Shown: positions 9,451 to 20,312 of the stretch, in pieces
Position numbering within the stretch: position 1 is the stretch's first letter
Layout of the letters: each line of letters begins with the position of its first letter
Source of the DNA: an uncultured Candidatus Entotheonella sp.
GTDB taxonomy: Bacteria; Tectomicrobia; Entotheonellia; Entotheonellales; Entotheonellaceae
DNA: 64,000 bases
Assembly (NCBI GenBank): GCA_965215335.1
Contig: CBDCDA010000002.1
Span: forward strand, 32,001 to 96,000
Reading direction: 5' to 3'
Made by a program: the position numbers and the translations under genes
The notes under the pieces: generated by a model
The model's input: only the letters and a program-made list of their open reading frames with translations
Database searches by the model: none
What the model was told of the DNA's origin: nothing

Positions 9451-10009
9451 ATGCGCATCGGGGGCGGAAACAACAAGGGGCGCCGCCTGCAAACGGTCCC
9501 CGGACGGCTGGTGCGCCCCACCAGCGGCCGGGTCCGCCAAGCCCTCTTCAACACGTTGCGGGAATGGGTTCCCGGTAGTATCTTCGTAGACACGTTTGCC
9601 GGCACCGGAAGCGTGGGCCTGGAAGCCCTGAGCCAGGGCGCCAGGCATGTCTATTTCGTGGAAAACGACCCTCGTGCCTTGCTGACCCTGCGCACCAACA
9701 TCAACCATTGCGGCTTCGAGTCGCAGGTAACCATCGTAGCGGCATCGCTGCCCCAGGCGGTGCGGAAGCTGCCGGCGACTCAGCAGGCAGATGTTCTATT
9801 CCTGGACCCGCCTTATGCGTCGGAGTTGGCAGAAGCAACACTCAGCACCTTGGACGATTGCGGCCCTCCTGGCGCCCGCTGGCCTGATCGTCTGGCAGCA
9901 TGCCGTGCGGCACGAACCGCGTGCTCTGTCGGGCTACACCCTTTGGCAAAGCAGGAGTTACGGCAATACCCAGATCTCTTTCCTCACCCCAGCGAAAGGA
10001 CCCCTGTGA
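9451..10009 (+). pseudogene. rsmD: 16S rRNA m2G966 methyltransferase RsmD with a +1 frameshift (could be a sequencing error)
   Basis: MRIGGG..KGRRL, RPT, DTFAGTGSVGLEALSQGA, DPPY. The C-terminus LLAPAGLIVWQH...RSYGNTQISFL is in the +1 frame after CCC at 9864-9866 and stops at TGA 10009, overlapping the mnmA GTG. Confidence 0.85.
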
Positions 10010-11088
10010 GCAAGCGCGTGGTGGTGGCGATGAGCGGCGGCGTAGACAGTTCGGTATGCGCCGCCCTGCTGCATGCCCGGGGCTACGAGTGCATCGGCGT
10101 CACCATGAAGCTCTGGGACGGCCCGGAAGCCGTCGAGGGGCATCACAAAACGTGTTGCACGCTGGACGACGTTTCCGACGCGCGACGGGTCGCCGGCCAA
10201 CTGGACATCCCCTTCTACGTAGCCAATTTCAAGGAGCCGTTCACCCGGCACGTCATCGATGATTTCGTGATCTCCTACCAGCGCGGCTATACGCCCAACC
10301 CCTGCGCGCAATGCAACCGCCACCTGAAATTCACCGCCCTGCAGCAGCGGGCGCAGCAGCTTGGCGCCGACCGCGTGGCCACCGGCCATTACGCTAGCGT
10401 GGTGTGCGCCGATGACGGCCGCTACCACATCCGGCGCGGCAGGGATGCCGGCAAGGATCAGTCGTATTTCCTCTTCGACCTGTCCCAGAAGCAGCTGCGC
10501 CACGCGATGTTTCCGCTCGGCGACTTCAGCAAGGACGAGGTGCGGGGGATGGCCGCGCAATTCGGCCTCAAGGTGGCGGCGAAGGCGGAGAGTCAGGAGA
10601 TATGCTTCGTTCCCGGCGGCGATTACCGGACGTTCCTGCGAACCCGGCTGGACGCGGACACCTGTCGACCGGGGCCCATCGTCGATACCGCCGGCAAGGT
10701 GCTCGGCGAGCATCGAGGCCTGCCGTTTTACACCGTGGGCCAGCGGCGTGGCCTGGGCATCGCCGCCGCGCAGCCGCTGCACGTCGTCGGCGTGCAGACG
10801 GCCGACAACACCCTGGTCGTCGGGACGCGGCACGAGGCGACACGGGACGCCTTCACCGTCGAGCGCCTCAACTGGATGCGAACACCCCCCAAACACCCAT
10901 TGCACACTACCGTGCAGATTCGCTACCGGCAGCAACCCATTCCGGCGACGGTGTACCCCGCGGACGGCGCGCAGGCGCGGGTGGTGCTGCGCGAACGGCA
11001 GTTTGCCGTCGCGCCCGGGCAGGCGGCGGTGTTCTATGACGACGGCACCGTCATCGGCGGCGGCTGGATCGCCCGCCATGCGGACTGA
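10006..11088 (+). CDS. mnmA: tRNA 2-thiouridylase MnmA
   Basis: GTG start after AAAGGA; VVVAMSGGVDSS, TPNPCAQCN, ATGHYA, KDQSYFL, ESQEICF, YTVGQRRG, APGQAAVFY. Confidence 0.96.
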   Translation: MSKRVVVAMSGGVDSSVCAALLHARGYECIGVTMKLWDGPEAVEGHHKTCCTLDDVSDARRVAGQLDIPFYVANFKEPFTRHVIDDFVISYQRGYTPNPCAQCNRHLKFTALQQRAQQLGADRVATGHYASVVCADDGRYHIRRGRDAGKDQSYFLFDLSQKQLRHAMFPLGDFSKDEVRGMAAQFGLKVAAKAESQEICFVPGGDYRTFLRTRLDADTCRPGPIVDTAGKVLGEHRGLPFYTVGQRRGLGIAAAQPLHVVGVQTADNTLVVGTRHEATRDAFTVERLNWMRTPPKHPLHTTVQIRYRQQPIPATVYPADGAQARVVLRERQFAVAPGQAAVFYDDGTVIGGGWIARHAD

Positions 11089-11103
11089 AAGGAGGGATGC
11101 GAA

Positions 11104-11386
11104 ATGCCGTTGATTGATACGCCGACGCTCAAGACGGACCTGCTTGACGGCGGCATGCCGGAACCGCAGGCAGCGGCGATTGTCAAGGCATTGGCGAATG
11201 CTGATGTCGGACAGTTGGCTACGAAAGCAGACCTTGCCGACGTGCGCACGGAGATTGAGGCGCTGCAGTCGGAGATGAGTACAAAAAATCGAGGCGCTGT
11301 GGGGCGACAACAAGCCGCTGCGCTGGATGGGCGGCGCCATCCTGGCCTTTCAATTGCTCGTGCTCGGCAAGCTGTTTTTTGCATGA
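11104..11386 (+). pseudogene. Small coiled-coil plus C-terminal TM protein (DUF1640/CCDC90-like) with +1 frameshift in an A6 run
   Basis: GMPEPQAAAIV..LATKADL helix; removing one A at 11283-11288 continues into IEALWGDNKPLRWMGGAILAFQLLVLGKLFFA-stop. Confidence 0.65.
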
Positions 11387-11534
11387 GTGCTTTCTCGGGG
11401 CTTGAACGAGCGGGCACAGATGCCCTGCGGCGCGGTCTGACACCGATTTCCCCTGTTTTTCGAAATCGGCCCGCAACCCGTCGAGTTCAACCGCGCAGTT
11501 TGCGCTGACAGACCCTGTCAGCAGGAGGGAAGTC

Positions 11535-11993
11535 ATGGCAGCAGAACATTCGCCGGAGGAACAGGGAGAGCGGAGCTTCGTCGTTTCCGACAAGCGACTG
11601 TTCAGTCCTTCCGGGGAGAGAATAACAGACACCAGCCCGCCTGAGCCTGCCGAGTCCGAAACCCCACCGACGCTCAAACAGGAAGAACCCGCAGCGGCCA
11701 CACGGACGTCACCGGCGGAGGCCGCCGCCCCGCAGGATCTGTCACCGGTCGATTTCGCCTCCTTCGTGATGATGCTGACCAACAATGTGATGGTTTCCCT
11801 GGGCCAGGCGCCCAACCCGCTGACCCAGCAGCCGCAGGTCGATCTGGCGCAGGCGCAACACACCATCGACATCATCATGATGCTGCGGGAAAAGACCCGC
11901 GGCAATCTGACCGCCGAGGAAGATCGCTTTCTGCAGGACTTGCTCCCGCAACTGCAAATGGCCTACGTTCAGGCCAAGCAGCAAGCTGGATAA
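11535..11993 (+). CDS. DUF1844-like conserved protein
   Basis: SFVVSDKR N-terminus, low-complexity linker, VSLGQAPNP...AQHTIDIIMMLREKTRGNLTAEE; AGGAGG RBS. Confidence 0.8.
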   Translation: MAAEHSPEEQGERSFVVSDKRLFSPSGERITDTSPPEPAESETPPTLKQEEPAAATRTSPAEAAAPQDLSPVDFASFVMMLTNNVMVSLGQAPNPLTQQPQVDLAQAQHTIDIIMMLREKTRGNLTAEEDRFLQDLLPQLQMAYVQAKQQAG

Positions 11994-12012
11994 AAACACG
12001 GAAGGACGCGCT

Positions 12013-13821
12013 GTGGGACGAGTGCAGACGCTGCCCGAGGGGGTGATCAATCACATTGCCGCCGGCGAGGTGGTGGAGCGCCCGGCCTCCATCGTCAAGG
12101 AACTGCTCGAAAACGCCCTGGACGCGCAGGCGCAGACCATCAAGGTGGCGGTGCAAAAGGGCGGCGTCGAACTGATTCAGGTGGATGACGACGGCGTCGG
12201 CATGGATGCCGACGACTCGGTGCGGTGTTTCACCCGTCATGCGACCAGCAAGATAACCACCTTGGCGGATCTCGACGACCTGACGACTCTCGGTTTCCGC
12301 GGTGAAGCGCTGCCCAGCATCGCGTCAGTCTCCCGCCTTCACCTGGTCACACGATGCCAGGCAGCCAAGGCCGCGACGCGCGTCAGGATAGACGGCGGCG
12401 AGCTTGCTGGGGTGGAAACCTGCGGCGCCCCGCCGGGCACCTCCATACGGGTCAGCGAGCTTTTCTACAACACCCCCGCCCGCCTGAAATTCCTCAAGCA
12501 TCCCACCACCGAGGCCAGCCATATCACGCAGTGCTTCACCGGCCTGGCGTTGCTGGCGCAGCACGTCCACATGAGCCTCCATCTGAATGACCGGCTGCAC
12601 ACTCAGGCGCCGGCAGGGAGCCTCGGTGAGCGCCTCGAGGCGATCTTCGGGGCGGGTCTGCAACAGGAGCTTCTGCCGCTGGACGACAACGCGGACAGCC
12701 TGCAAGTGCACGGCTTTATCGCCAAGGCAACCTTTCACCGCGCCACGCGGCGGCAGCAGTTCCTGTTCGTCAACGGGCGCCTGGTGCAAAGCCGCCCGAT
12801 CAGCCACGCGCTCTATGAGGCCTACCGAACACTGCTGCCACGGGACCGCCATCCGGTGAGCTTCCTGTTTCTTGCCCTGCCCGGCAGCGACGTTGACGTG
12901 AACGTGCATCCGGCCAAGCTCGAGGTGCGCTTTCGGCAGGAGGCGCGCCTGTACGACCATTTGCGGCGTCTCTTCCAACGACGCTTGCAGGCGAGTCTCA
13001 GCGCCCCTGTTCCGGACGCCGCAGGTAACGGCCAGGCGACGTTCTCGACCCCCGATCCAGCCGTCCGCAGCAACGTGCCGATGATGTGGCAGACAGACCG
13101 GGCCGGCGCCTCCGAGCCGCGGGTGGAACCCGACGTGCCCGACCCGTCCCCGCCTGCTGGCTGGCCCGCGCCCACCGAACCGGCGCCAGGGCTCAATCTC
13201 TACGCCGGCTATCCGGAGGCTAACCGTGTCATCCTGGAAGGACGTCCGGTGGGGCAACTGCACGATACCTACGTTCTGCTACAATACCCGGGTGGCGTAA
13301 TGTTCGTCGACCAGCACGCGGCCCACGAACGCGTCATCTACGAACGCCTGCGCGCCCAAATGCACGACGGCCCGGTGGCGTCGCAGCGGCTGCTGTTCCC
13401 GGCCACGCTCGATCTGGGCGCCACCGACCCGCAATGGGTGGAGGGTTCCCTGCCGCAACTGAAAGCGCTCGGTTTCAGCCTGGAACATTTTGGCGGCAGC
13501 ACCTTTCGCCTGCTCAGCGTGCCAGCCGTGCTCGCCGGCCGTGACTATGCCGCCGCCTTGATGGACATTCTCGAAACGCTGCGCTCACCCACCGTCGAAG
13601 ACGTGTTTGAGGAGGGCCTGCCGAGGCTCTTCCACCGCCTGCTGACGGTCACTGCCTGTCATGCCGCCCTTCGCGCCCACCAGCGCCTGCAAGATGAAGA
13701 AATGCGCGCCCTGATGCACGATTTGGCGCGCAGCAACATGCCGTTCACCTGCCCGCATGGCCGTCCCGTGCTGCTGCACGTCGCCCTGTCCGATATCGAA
13801 AAAAAATTCCTGCGGTGTTAG
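12013..13821 (+). CDS. mutL: DNA mismatch repair endonuclease MutL
   Basis: [52 protein letters not shown]. Confidence 0.97.
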   Translation: MGRVQTLPEGVINHIAAGEVVERPASIVKELLENALDAQAQTIKVAVQKGGVELIQVDDDGVGMDADDSVRCFTRHATSKITTLADLDDLTTLGFRGEALPSIASVSRLHLVTRCQAAKAATRVRIDGGELAGVETCGAPPGTSIRVSELFYNTPARLKFLKHPTTEASHITQCFTGLALLAQHVHMSLHLNDRLHTQAPAGSLGERLEAIFGAGLQQELLPLDDNADSLQVHGFIAKATFHRATRRQQFLFVNGRLVQSRPISHALYEAYRTLLPRDRHPVSFLFLALPGSDVDVNVHPAKLEVRFRQEARLYDHLRRLFQRRLQASLSAPVPDAAGNGQATFSTPDPAVRSNVPMMWQTDRAGASEPRVEPDVPDPSPPAGWPAPTEPAPGLNLYAGYPEANRVILEGRPVGQLHDTYVLLQYPGGVMFVDQHAAHERVIYERLRAQMHDGPVASQRLLFPATLDLGATDPQWVEGSLPQLKALGFSLEHFGGSTFRLLSVPAVLAGRDYAAALMDILETLRSPTVEDVFEEGLPRLFHRLLTVTACHAALRAHQRLQDEEMRALMHDLARSNMPFTCPHGRPVLLHVALSDIEKKFLRC

Positions 13822-13859
13822 AACACCGTTCACGCCTGCGGTTCCAGAAGGAGGTCACC

Positions 13860-15323
13860 ATGCTCGAAGAATCCCTGCCCGAGGGCCTGACGTTTGACGA
13901 CGTGCTGCTGCTACCCGCCCATTCGGACGTGCTGCCGCGCGACACCGACGTGTCGACGCTGCTGACCAGCGACATTGAACTCAACATCCCGCTGCTCAGC
14001 GCGGCGATGGATACGGTCACCGAGGCCAATCTCGCCATCGCCCTGGCGCAGGAAGGCGGTATCGGCATCATCCACAAGAATCTCGGCATCGAGGCGCAGA
14101 CCGCCGAGGTCGACAAGGTCAAGCGCTCCGAGAGCGGCATGATCGTGGATCCGATCACCATGGCGCCGCACCAGCGGGTGCAGGAGGCCATCGAGGTGAT
14201 GACGCGCTACCGGATTTCCGGCATCCCCATCACCGAGGGGCCGAAACTGGCAGGGATTCTCACGAACCGCGACCTGCGCTTCGTGACCGATTTGCAGCAG
14301 CCGGTGGCCGCCCTGATGACGTCCGAAAACCTCGTCACGGCGCCGCAGGGCACCAGCCTGGACGAGGCGCAGAAATTGCTGCACCAGCACCGCATCGAGA
14401 AACTCCTGGTTGTGGACGACGCCTTTCATCTGAAAGGGCTGATCACCATCAAGGACATCGAGAAACGCCGGCGCTATCCCCTGGCCTGCAAGGATGCCCT
14501 GGGCCGCTTGCGCGTCGGGGCGGCGGTCGGCCTCGGGGAGGACCGGCCCGAGCGGCTGGCGGAACTGGAGCGTTACGGCGTCGACGTGGTGGTGGTCGAC
14601 TCGGCTCACGGTCATGCCACCAGTGTCCTGGCGGCCGTCGAGGAGGCCAAGAAGATGTCCCCCGGCCTGCAGGTCATCGGCGGCAACGTCGCCACTGCGG
14701 CGGCGACTAACGCGCTCATCAACGCCGGCGCCGACGCGGTGAAGGTCGGTATGGGGCCGTCGTCCATTTGCACGACGCGCGTGGTGGCGGGCATCGGTGT
14801 GCCGCAGCTGACGGCGGTCGCCGAGTGCGCCAAGGTGGGCGAGCGATTCGGTATTCCCATTATTGCCGACGGCGGCATCAAGTACTCGGGCGACATCGTC
14901 AAGGCGCTGGCGGCCGGGGCTTCCTGCGTGATGATCGGCAGCATTTTCGCGGGCACCGAAGAGAGTCCGGGCGAGCGCGTTTTGTATCAGGGCCGCAGTT
15001 ACAAGACGTATCGCGGCATGGGCTCCCTCGGCGCCATGTCCGGCGGCAAGGGGGACCGCTATTTTCAGGGCGACGAGAAACAGACAAGCAAGCTGGTGCC
15101 GGAGGGCATTGAGGGACGCATCCCGTACAAGGGCGTGCTGGCGGACGTGGTGTATCAGCTCGTCGGCGGCGTGCGCGCCGGGATGGGCTACTGCGGCTGC
15201 GGCACCCTGGCCGCCCTGCGTCGCGACAGCCGCTTCATTCGCATCACCAATGCCGGCTTGCGGGAGAGCCACGTGCATGACGTCATCGTCACGCAGGAAG
15301 CGCCGAATTATCAGGCCGAGTAG
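13860..15323 (+). CDS. guaB: IMP dehydrogenase
   Basis: [20 protein letters not shown] pair, [33 protein letters not shown]. Confidence 0.97.
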   Translation: MLEESLPEGLTFDDVLLLPAHSDVLPRDTDVSTLLTSDIELNIPLLSAAMDTVTEANLAIALAQEGGIGIIHKNLGIEAQTAEVDKVKRSESGMIVDPITMAPHQRVQEAIEVMTRYRISGIPITEGPKLAGILTNRDLRFVTDLQQPVAALMTSENLVTAPQGTSLDEAQKLLHQHRIEKLLVVDDAFHLKGLITIKDIEKRRRYPLACKDALGRLRVGAAVGLGEDRPERLAELERYGVDVVVVDSAHGHATSVLAAVEEAKKMSPGLQVIGGNVATAAATNALINAGADAVKVGMGPSSICTTRVVAGIGVPQLTAVAECAKVGERFGIPIIADGGIKYSGDIVKALAAGASCVMIGSIFAGTEESPGERVLYQGRSYKTYRGMGSLGAMSGGKGDRYFQGDEKQTSKLVPEGIEGRIPYKGVLADVVYQLVGGVRAGMGYCGCGTLAALRRDSRFIRITNAGLRESHVHDVIVTQEAPNYQAE

Positions 15324-15352
15324 CGCAGCACATCCGAGGAAAAGGTGCATTC

Positions 15353-18300
15353 ATGGGGCCACAGAATTTCGTTCATCTTCACCTGCACACCGAGTTCAGC
15401 CTGCTGGATGGGGCGAACCGCATCGACGAACTCCTGGACCGCGCCGAGGAACTGCGCATGCCGGCCGTGGCCATCACCGACCACGGCAACATGTTCGGCG
15501 CCATGAAATTCTACAAGGCGGCGCAGGCGCGCGGCATCAAGCCGATCCTGGGCTGCGAGACTTACGTGGCGCCGACCACGCGCTTCGACCGCAGCCGCCA
15601 GGGCATCGGCTCGGCGGCGCATCACCTGACGCTGCTGGCCCGCAACTACACCGGCTATCAAAACCTCTCCAGGCTCCTGAGCAAGGCGTTCCTGGAGGGT
15701 TTTTATTATCGCCCGCGCATCGACAAGGAACTCCTGGCCGAACACGCCGAAGGGTTGATCGGTCTCACGGGCTGCCTCAAGGGCGAGGTCAACGGCCACA
15801 TCCTCAACGGCAACCTCAAGCAGGCGGCGGACGCGATCGACAGTTATCGTCAAATCCTGGGGCGCGACAACGTGTACCTGGAACTCATGGATCACGGCGT
15901 CGACGGTCAGCGCCACGCCAACACCGAGCTCCTGAGGTTCGGCAAGGACTTCGGCCTGCCGGTCGTCGCCACCAATGATTGCCACTATCTGCGCAAAGAA
16001 GATGCCTCGCCGCACGACGTGCTGATGTGCATCGGTACCGGCAAGAGCGTGCACGATACCCAACGCATGCGTTATGCGCAGGAGGAGTTCTACGTCAAGA
16101 CCCCGGAGGAGATGTACCGCGTCTTTGCCGAGGTGCCGGAGGCATGCACCAATACGCTGCTGATCGCGGAGCGCTGCGATCTGCAGTTGCCGTTCGACAA
16201 GTCCCTGTTGCCCCGTTATCAGACGCCGGACGGCGTGGCGCTCGACGCCTATCTGGAGCAGGTTGCCCGCCAAGGGCTGGAAGCGCGCCTGGCACAGGCG
16301 CGCAGCGGCGGCGAGCGCAAGCACGATGACCAGGCCTACCAGCAGCGGCTCGACAAGGAACTCGACATCATCTGCGACACCGGCTATTCGGGGTACTTCC
16401 TGATCGTCTGGGACTTCATCCGGTATGCCCGCGAGCACGACATCCCGGTGGGTCCGGGGCGGGGATCGGTGGCCGGCAGCCTGGTCGCCTACGCGCTGCG
16501 TATCACCGACGTCGACCCGCTCGGCTATGACCTGCTGTTCGAGCGTTTCCTGAACCCCGAACGCGTCACCATGCCCGACATCGACATCGACTTCTGCATG
16601 GAGCGGCGCGATGAGGTGATCCGCTACGTCACCGAGAAATACGGCGCCGCAAACGTCGCCCAGATCATCACCTTCGGCACCATGCTGGCCAAGGGCGTCC
16701 TGCGCGACGTGGGGCGCGCCATGGACATGCCGTACAGCGAAGTGGACCGCATCGCCAAGCTGATACCGAACCGCTTGAATGTGTCGCTCGACGATGCCAT
16801 GCAGGAGGAGCCGCGGCTGCGTGAGATACAGGAACGGGACCCGCAGGTGGCACGCCTGATCGACACGGCGCGGCGGTTGGAGGGCCTGTCACGGCATGCC
16901 TCGGTGCACGCCGCCGGGGTGGTGATTTCGCCCGAACCCCTGCACAACATCGTGCCGCTGTCCAAGGGCGCCAAGGACGAAGTGGTCACCCAGTACACGA
17001 TGGACGACGTGGAGGGCATGGGTCTTCTGAAAATGGACTTCCTTGGTCTGCGTACCCTCACGGTGATCCACAACACGGTCAGGATGATCAAGGAAAATCG
17101 GGGCATCGAGATCGACAGCAACGACCTGCCTCTTGACGACGCGCCGACCTACGATCTGCTGTCCGGAGCGCGCACCGTTGGCATCTTTCAGCTCGAAGGA
17201 CGCGGGGTGCGCGACCTGCTGCGCAAGCTCCAGCCCGAGGTCTTCGAAGACCTGGTGGCCCTGGTGGCGCTCTACCGTCCCGGCCCGTTGGGCAGCGGCA
17301 TGGTGGACGATTTCATCGAGCGCCGGCATGGTCGGCGGAGCATCACCTACGAGGTGCCGGCCCTGGAGCCGATCCTGCGCTCGACATACGGCGTCATCGT
17401 CTTCCAGGAACAGGTGATGCAGATCGCCACCACCCTGGCCGGCTTCACCCCCGGCGGTGCCGACCTGCTGCGCCGCGCCATGGGCAAGAAAAAGGCCGAG
17501 GTCATGGACGAGCAGCGCGAGCACTTCGTCCAGGGCGCGGTGCAAAACGGCTACGCGGCGGAACAGGCAGGGCGCATTTTTGACCTCATGGCCTACTTCG
17601 CCGGCTACGGCTTCAACCGCAGCCACAGCGTCGCCTACGCCCTCCTGGCGTATTGCACGGCCTACCTCAAGGCCCATTTCCCGAACGAATTCATGGCCGC
17701 GCTGATGGGCTGCGACATGGAAAACACCGACAAGCTGATGCGATACGTCGGCGATTGCCGAGACATGGGGCTGACGACATTGGCGCCCAACATCAACGAT
17801 GGGCTCTACGGCTTTGCGGTCGGCGGCGAGCAACTGCGCTTCGGCTTGGGTGCCGTCAAGGGCGTCGGGCAAAACGCCGTTGCGTCGATTATCGAAGAGC
17901 GCGAGGCGAACGGACCTTATCAGTCGTTCTTCGACCTGTGCGAGCGGCTGGATTTTCGACAGGTCAACCGCAAGGTCATTGAGGGTCTGATCAAGAGCGG
18001 CGCCCTGGACTGTCTGGGCCTGCCGCGCTGGGACATGCTGGGCAACATGGCCTCCGTGCTGGAGTGGGCGCAGCGTCAGCAGACGGATCGGCAGGAGGGA
18101 CAAATCAGCCTGTTCGGCCACGGTGCCGGAGGCGCCGTGGCCACGGCGCCGACTATTGATGCCGTGACGGCGTGGCGCAGCAGTGAGCAGCTGGCCTACG
18201 AAAAGGAAGCTCTGGGATTTTACTTCAGCAGTCATCCGCTGATGGCGGTGCAGGACGCATGGCGCCGCCTGGTCAGCACGACCAGCCGCGAGCTCGCCGA

Positions 18301-18811
18301 TTGCCACGGCGGGCAGTCAGTCACCGTCGGCGGCATCGTCACCCAGCACCGCTCGCAACTCACCAAGAAGGGCGACCGCATGGCCTTCCTGACCCTCGAA
18401 GACCTGCACGGCAGCCTTGAGGTGATCGTTTTCCCCGACGTGTATCGAGACAGTATCAGCGTCTGTGAGAGTGACGCGCCGCTCATCGTCTGGGGCAAGG
18501 TGGAGGGTGACAACAGTGACGGGCGCCTCATCGCCCAACGTATCGTGCCCCTGAAGGATGCGGCGACGCTGGGCGAATTCAGGCGCCTGACGCTGACCCT
18601 GGTGGGCCACCTGGAGCAACACACGCTGCTGCAGGTGCGCGACCTGCTGGCCCGGACCCCCGGAAACTGCGGCGTCATGCTGGCGCTGCACTTTGCCGAT
18701 GGCGACCACATGAGCCTGCGCGCCGACAATCAATTCAACGTCACACCGTCCATGGACCTGCTGGCAAAGTTGGAGGACCTCTTGGGGGCGGACAATGTAC
18801 AAGTGGCTTGA
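15353..18811 (+). CDS. dnaE: DNA polymerase III alpha subunit
   Basis: FVHLHLHTEFSLLDG PHP domain, GPGRGSVAGS, FERFLNPER, MPDIDIDF, YGFNRSHS, C-terminal OB fold. Confidence 0.98.
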   Translation: MGPQNFVHLHLHTEFSLLDGANRIDELLDRAEELRMPAVAITDHGNMFGAMKFYKAAQARGIKPILGCETYVAPTTRFDRSRQGIGSAAHHLTLLARNYTGYQNLSRLLSKAFLEGFYYRPRIDKELLAEHAEGLIGLTGCLKGEVNGHILNGNLKQAADAIDSYRQILGRDNVYLELMDHGVDGQRHANTELLRFGKDFGLPVVATNDCHYLRKEDASPHDVLMCIGTGKSVHDTQRMRYAQEEFYVKTPEEMYRVFAEVPEACTNTLLIAERCDLQLPFDKSLLPRYQTPDGVALDAYLEQVARQGLEARLAQARSGGERKHDDQAYQQRLDKELDIICDTGYSGYFLIVWDFIRYAREHDIPVGPGRGSVAGSLVAYALRITDVDPLGYDLLFERFLNPERVTMPDIDIDFCMERRDEVIRYVTEKYGAANVAQIITFGTMLAKGVLRDVGRAMDMPYSEVDRIAKLIPNRLNVSLDDAMQEEPRLREIQERDPQVARLIDTARRLEGLSRHASVHAAGVVISPEPLHNIVPLSKGAKDEVVTQYTMDDVEGMGLLKMDFLGLRTLTVIHNTVRMIKENRGIEIDSNDLPLDDAPTYDLLSGARTVGIFQLEGRGVRDLLRKLQPEVFEDLVALVALYRPGPLGSGMVDDFIERRHGRRSITYEVPALEPILRSTYGVIVFQEQVMQIATTLAGFTPGGADLLRRAMGKKKAEVMDEQREHFVQGAVQNGYAAEQAGRIFDLMAYFAGYGFNRSHSVAYALLAYCTAYLKAHFPNEFMAALMGCDMENTDKLMRYVGDCRDMGLTTLAPNINDGLYGFAVGGEQLRFGLGAVKGVGQNAVASIIEEREANGPYQSFFDLCERLDFRQVNRKVIEGLIKSGALDCLGLPRWDMLGNMASVLEWAQRQQTDRQEGQISLFGHGAGGAVATAPTIDAVTAWRSSEQLAYEKEALGFYFSSHPLMAVQDAWRRLVSTTSRELADCHGGQSVTVGGIVTQHRSQLTKKGDRMAFLTLEDLHGSLEVIVFPDVYRDSISVCESDAPLIVWGKVEGDNSDGRLIAQRIVPLKDAATLGEFRRLTLTLVGHLEQHTLLQVRDLLARTPGNCGVMLALHFADGDHMSLRADNQFNVTPSMDLLAKLEDLLGADNVQVA

Positions 18812-19524
18812 AAGCGCCGGCTTGGAAGGTGTCATGGCGTGGTTGCCCATGCCATTTTCGGAGATCGCCGGGCAGCTTGACGGCCTGGTCCTGCCCATCG
18901 CTTCGCTGGCCTCGTGGGGGGGGGCTCATGCTGTGCTCGGTGGTCGTCCTGGGCCTGCTGCTGGATCGCAGTGTGGTGCTGCGGCGCCGGCGCATCATCC
19001 CGGCGGGCTTTCTCGAACAGGTGCGGCGCCACTGGTACAAGGGTGACGTGAAAGCCGCGCTGGCCTGCTGCGACGAGGAGCGCGCCGCCATCTCCCGCAT
19101 TCTGCGCGCCGGCCTGGGTCGTCACGAGGCCGGCAGGGTGGAAATCGAAAAGGCGCTGGAGGTCGCCGGCCAACTCGAGTTGTACAACCTCAGCAGCTAC
19201 ATTCGCGGCTTCGGCCTGGTCGCCAGCCTGGCGCCCATGCTGGGCTTTCTCGGCACCGTGGCCGGCATGATCGGCGCCTTCAATGCCATCGCCGCAGCCG
19301 GCACGAGCAATCCCTCCCTGGTGGCCAACGGCATCTCTGCCGCGCTGCTGAGCACCGCGTCGGGTCTGGTCATCGGCATCCCCGCCCTCGCCCTGTATCA
19401 TTTCTTCCGCGGTCGGGTGGACCGTTTCGTGCAGGAGATGGAGGAAGTGGCGCTCGAACTCGTCGAAGACCTCGTGCACCAACAGCGCGTGCGCTCGCTC
19501 AGAAGGCAGGCCGATGCGGTTTAA
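18795..19524 (+). CDS. exbB: MotA/TolQ/ExbB proton channel protein, apparent +1 frameshift in a G9 tract
   Basis: LAPMLGFLGTVAGMIGAF, GISAALLSTASGLVIGIPA. The N-terminal TM segment from ATG 18795 joins the main frame only if G9 at 18916-18924 is G8. Confidence 0.85.
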
Positions 19525-19915
19525 GCGTCACGAAGACGATCGCGGCGGACAGTTTGAACTCATTTCCATGACGGACATCGTCTTCCTCCTGCTGATCTTC
19601 TTCATGATTTCCACCACCTTTGTCGATCTCGGCAGCCACCTGGACATCCAACTGCCGGAAGCTCCGGGCGGGAAGACCGAGCAAACGGCGCAGCCTTACC
19701 TTATCGAAATGGGAATACAGGACGCACTGCTTCTTGACGGAACGCCCATACAATTGCACGAGATACCGGAGAAACTCGCCGAAAATCGCACGCCGGGCCG
19801 TCAGGATTCGGTGATCATCAGGGCTGACAAACGCCTGCCGTATGGCGAGGTGATGACGGTTTTGGGATTGGTACGGCAGACACAAATCCGCGATATCGCA
19901 GTTGCCGTGCGTTGA
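19514..19915 (+). CDS. exbD: ExbD/TolR biopolymer transport protein
   Basis: ISMTDIVFLLLIFFMI, IQLPEA, IIRADKRLPYGEV. Confidence 0.92.
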   Translation: MRFKRHEDDRGGQFELISMTDIVFLLLIFFMISTTFVDLGSHLDIQLPEAPGGKTEQTAQPYLIEMGIQDALLLDGTPIQLHEIPEKLAENRTPGRQDSVIIRADKRLPYGEVMTVLGLVRQTQIRDIAVAVR

Positions 19916-20023
19916 TCTTTGTGCTTGCTTATACGTGGTTGACTGCCTACCATGGCTTCTTTGTGCCTTGTCATGGCGCCACCCGGTTCATGGTGTGTTT
20001 TGGCGGGAAAGAAAACCAGACGG

Positions 20024-20275
20024 ATGGCTGACGGCAACAAATCATCGGAGAGGCAGAGTCCGGCCGCTTCGAAGCGGTCCCGGCGCCTGTGGCGGGTGGC
20101 GTACTGGGGTGGACGATTGTGTCAGATTCTCGGCTTGCTGCTCCTGTGGTGCATCCTGATGATTTTCCCCACCGCCGAGGCTATCCGCGCCCTGCTCTAC
20201 GGCGGGGTGGCGGTGGCCGCGGCGGTATTTTATCTGGGTTGGCTGGTCATCCGGTGGGCCGTGAAGGCAACGTGA
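20024..20275 (+). CDS. Small hypothetical membrane protein (2 TM)
   Basis: 83-aa ORF with two hydrophobic segments, filling the gap in a co-directional run. Confidence 0.55.
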   Translation: MADGNKSSERQSPAASKRSRRLWRVAYWGGRLCQILGLLLLWCILMIFPTAEAIRALLYGGVAVAAAVFYLGWLVIRWAVKAT

Positions 20276-20312
20276 GAACCGGGGGTGGCCGGGTGCCCGA
20301 AGGGTCCGAGGC

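Noticed and set aside
9451..11088. Genuine RsmD-MnmA fusion protein
   Set aside because: The true RsmD C-terminus is visible in the +1 frame and mnmA has its own RBS and start.
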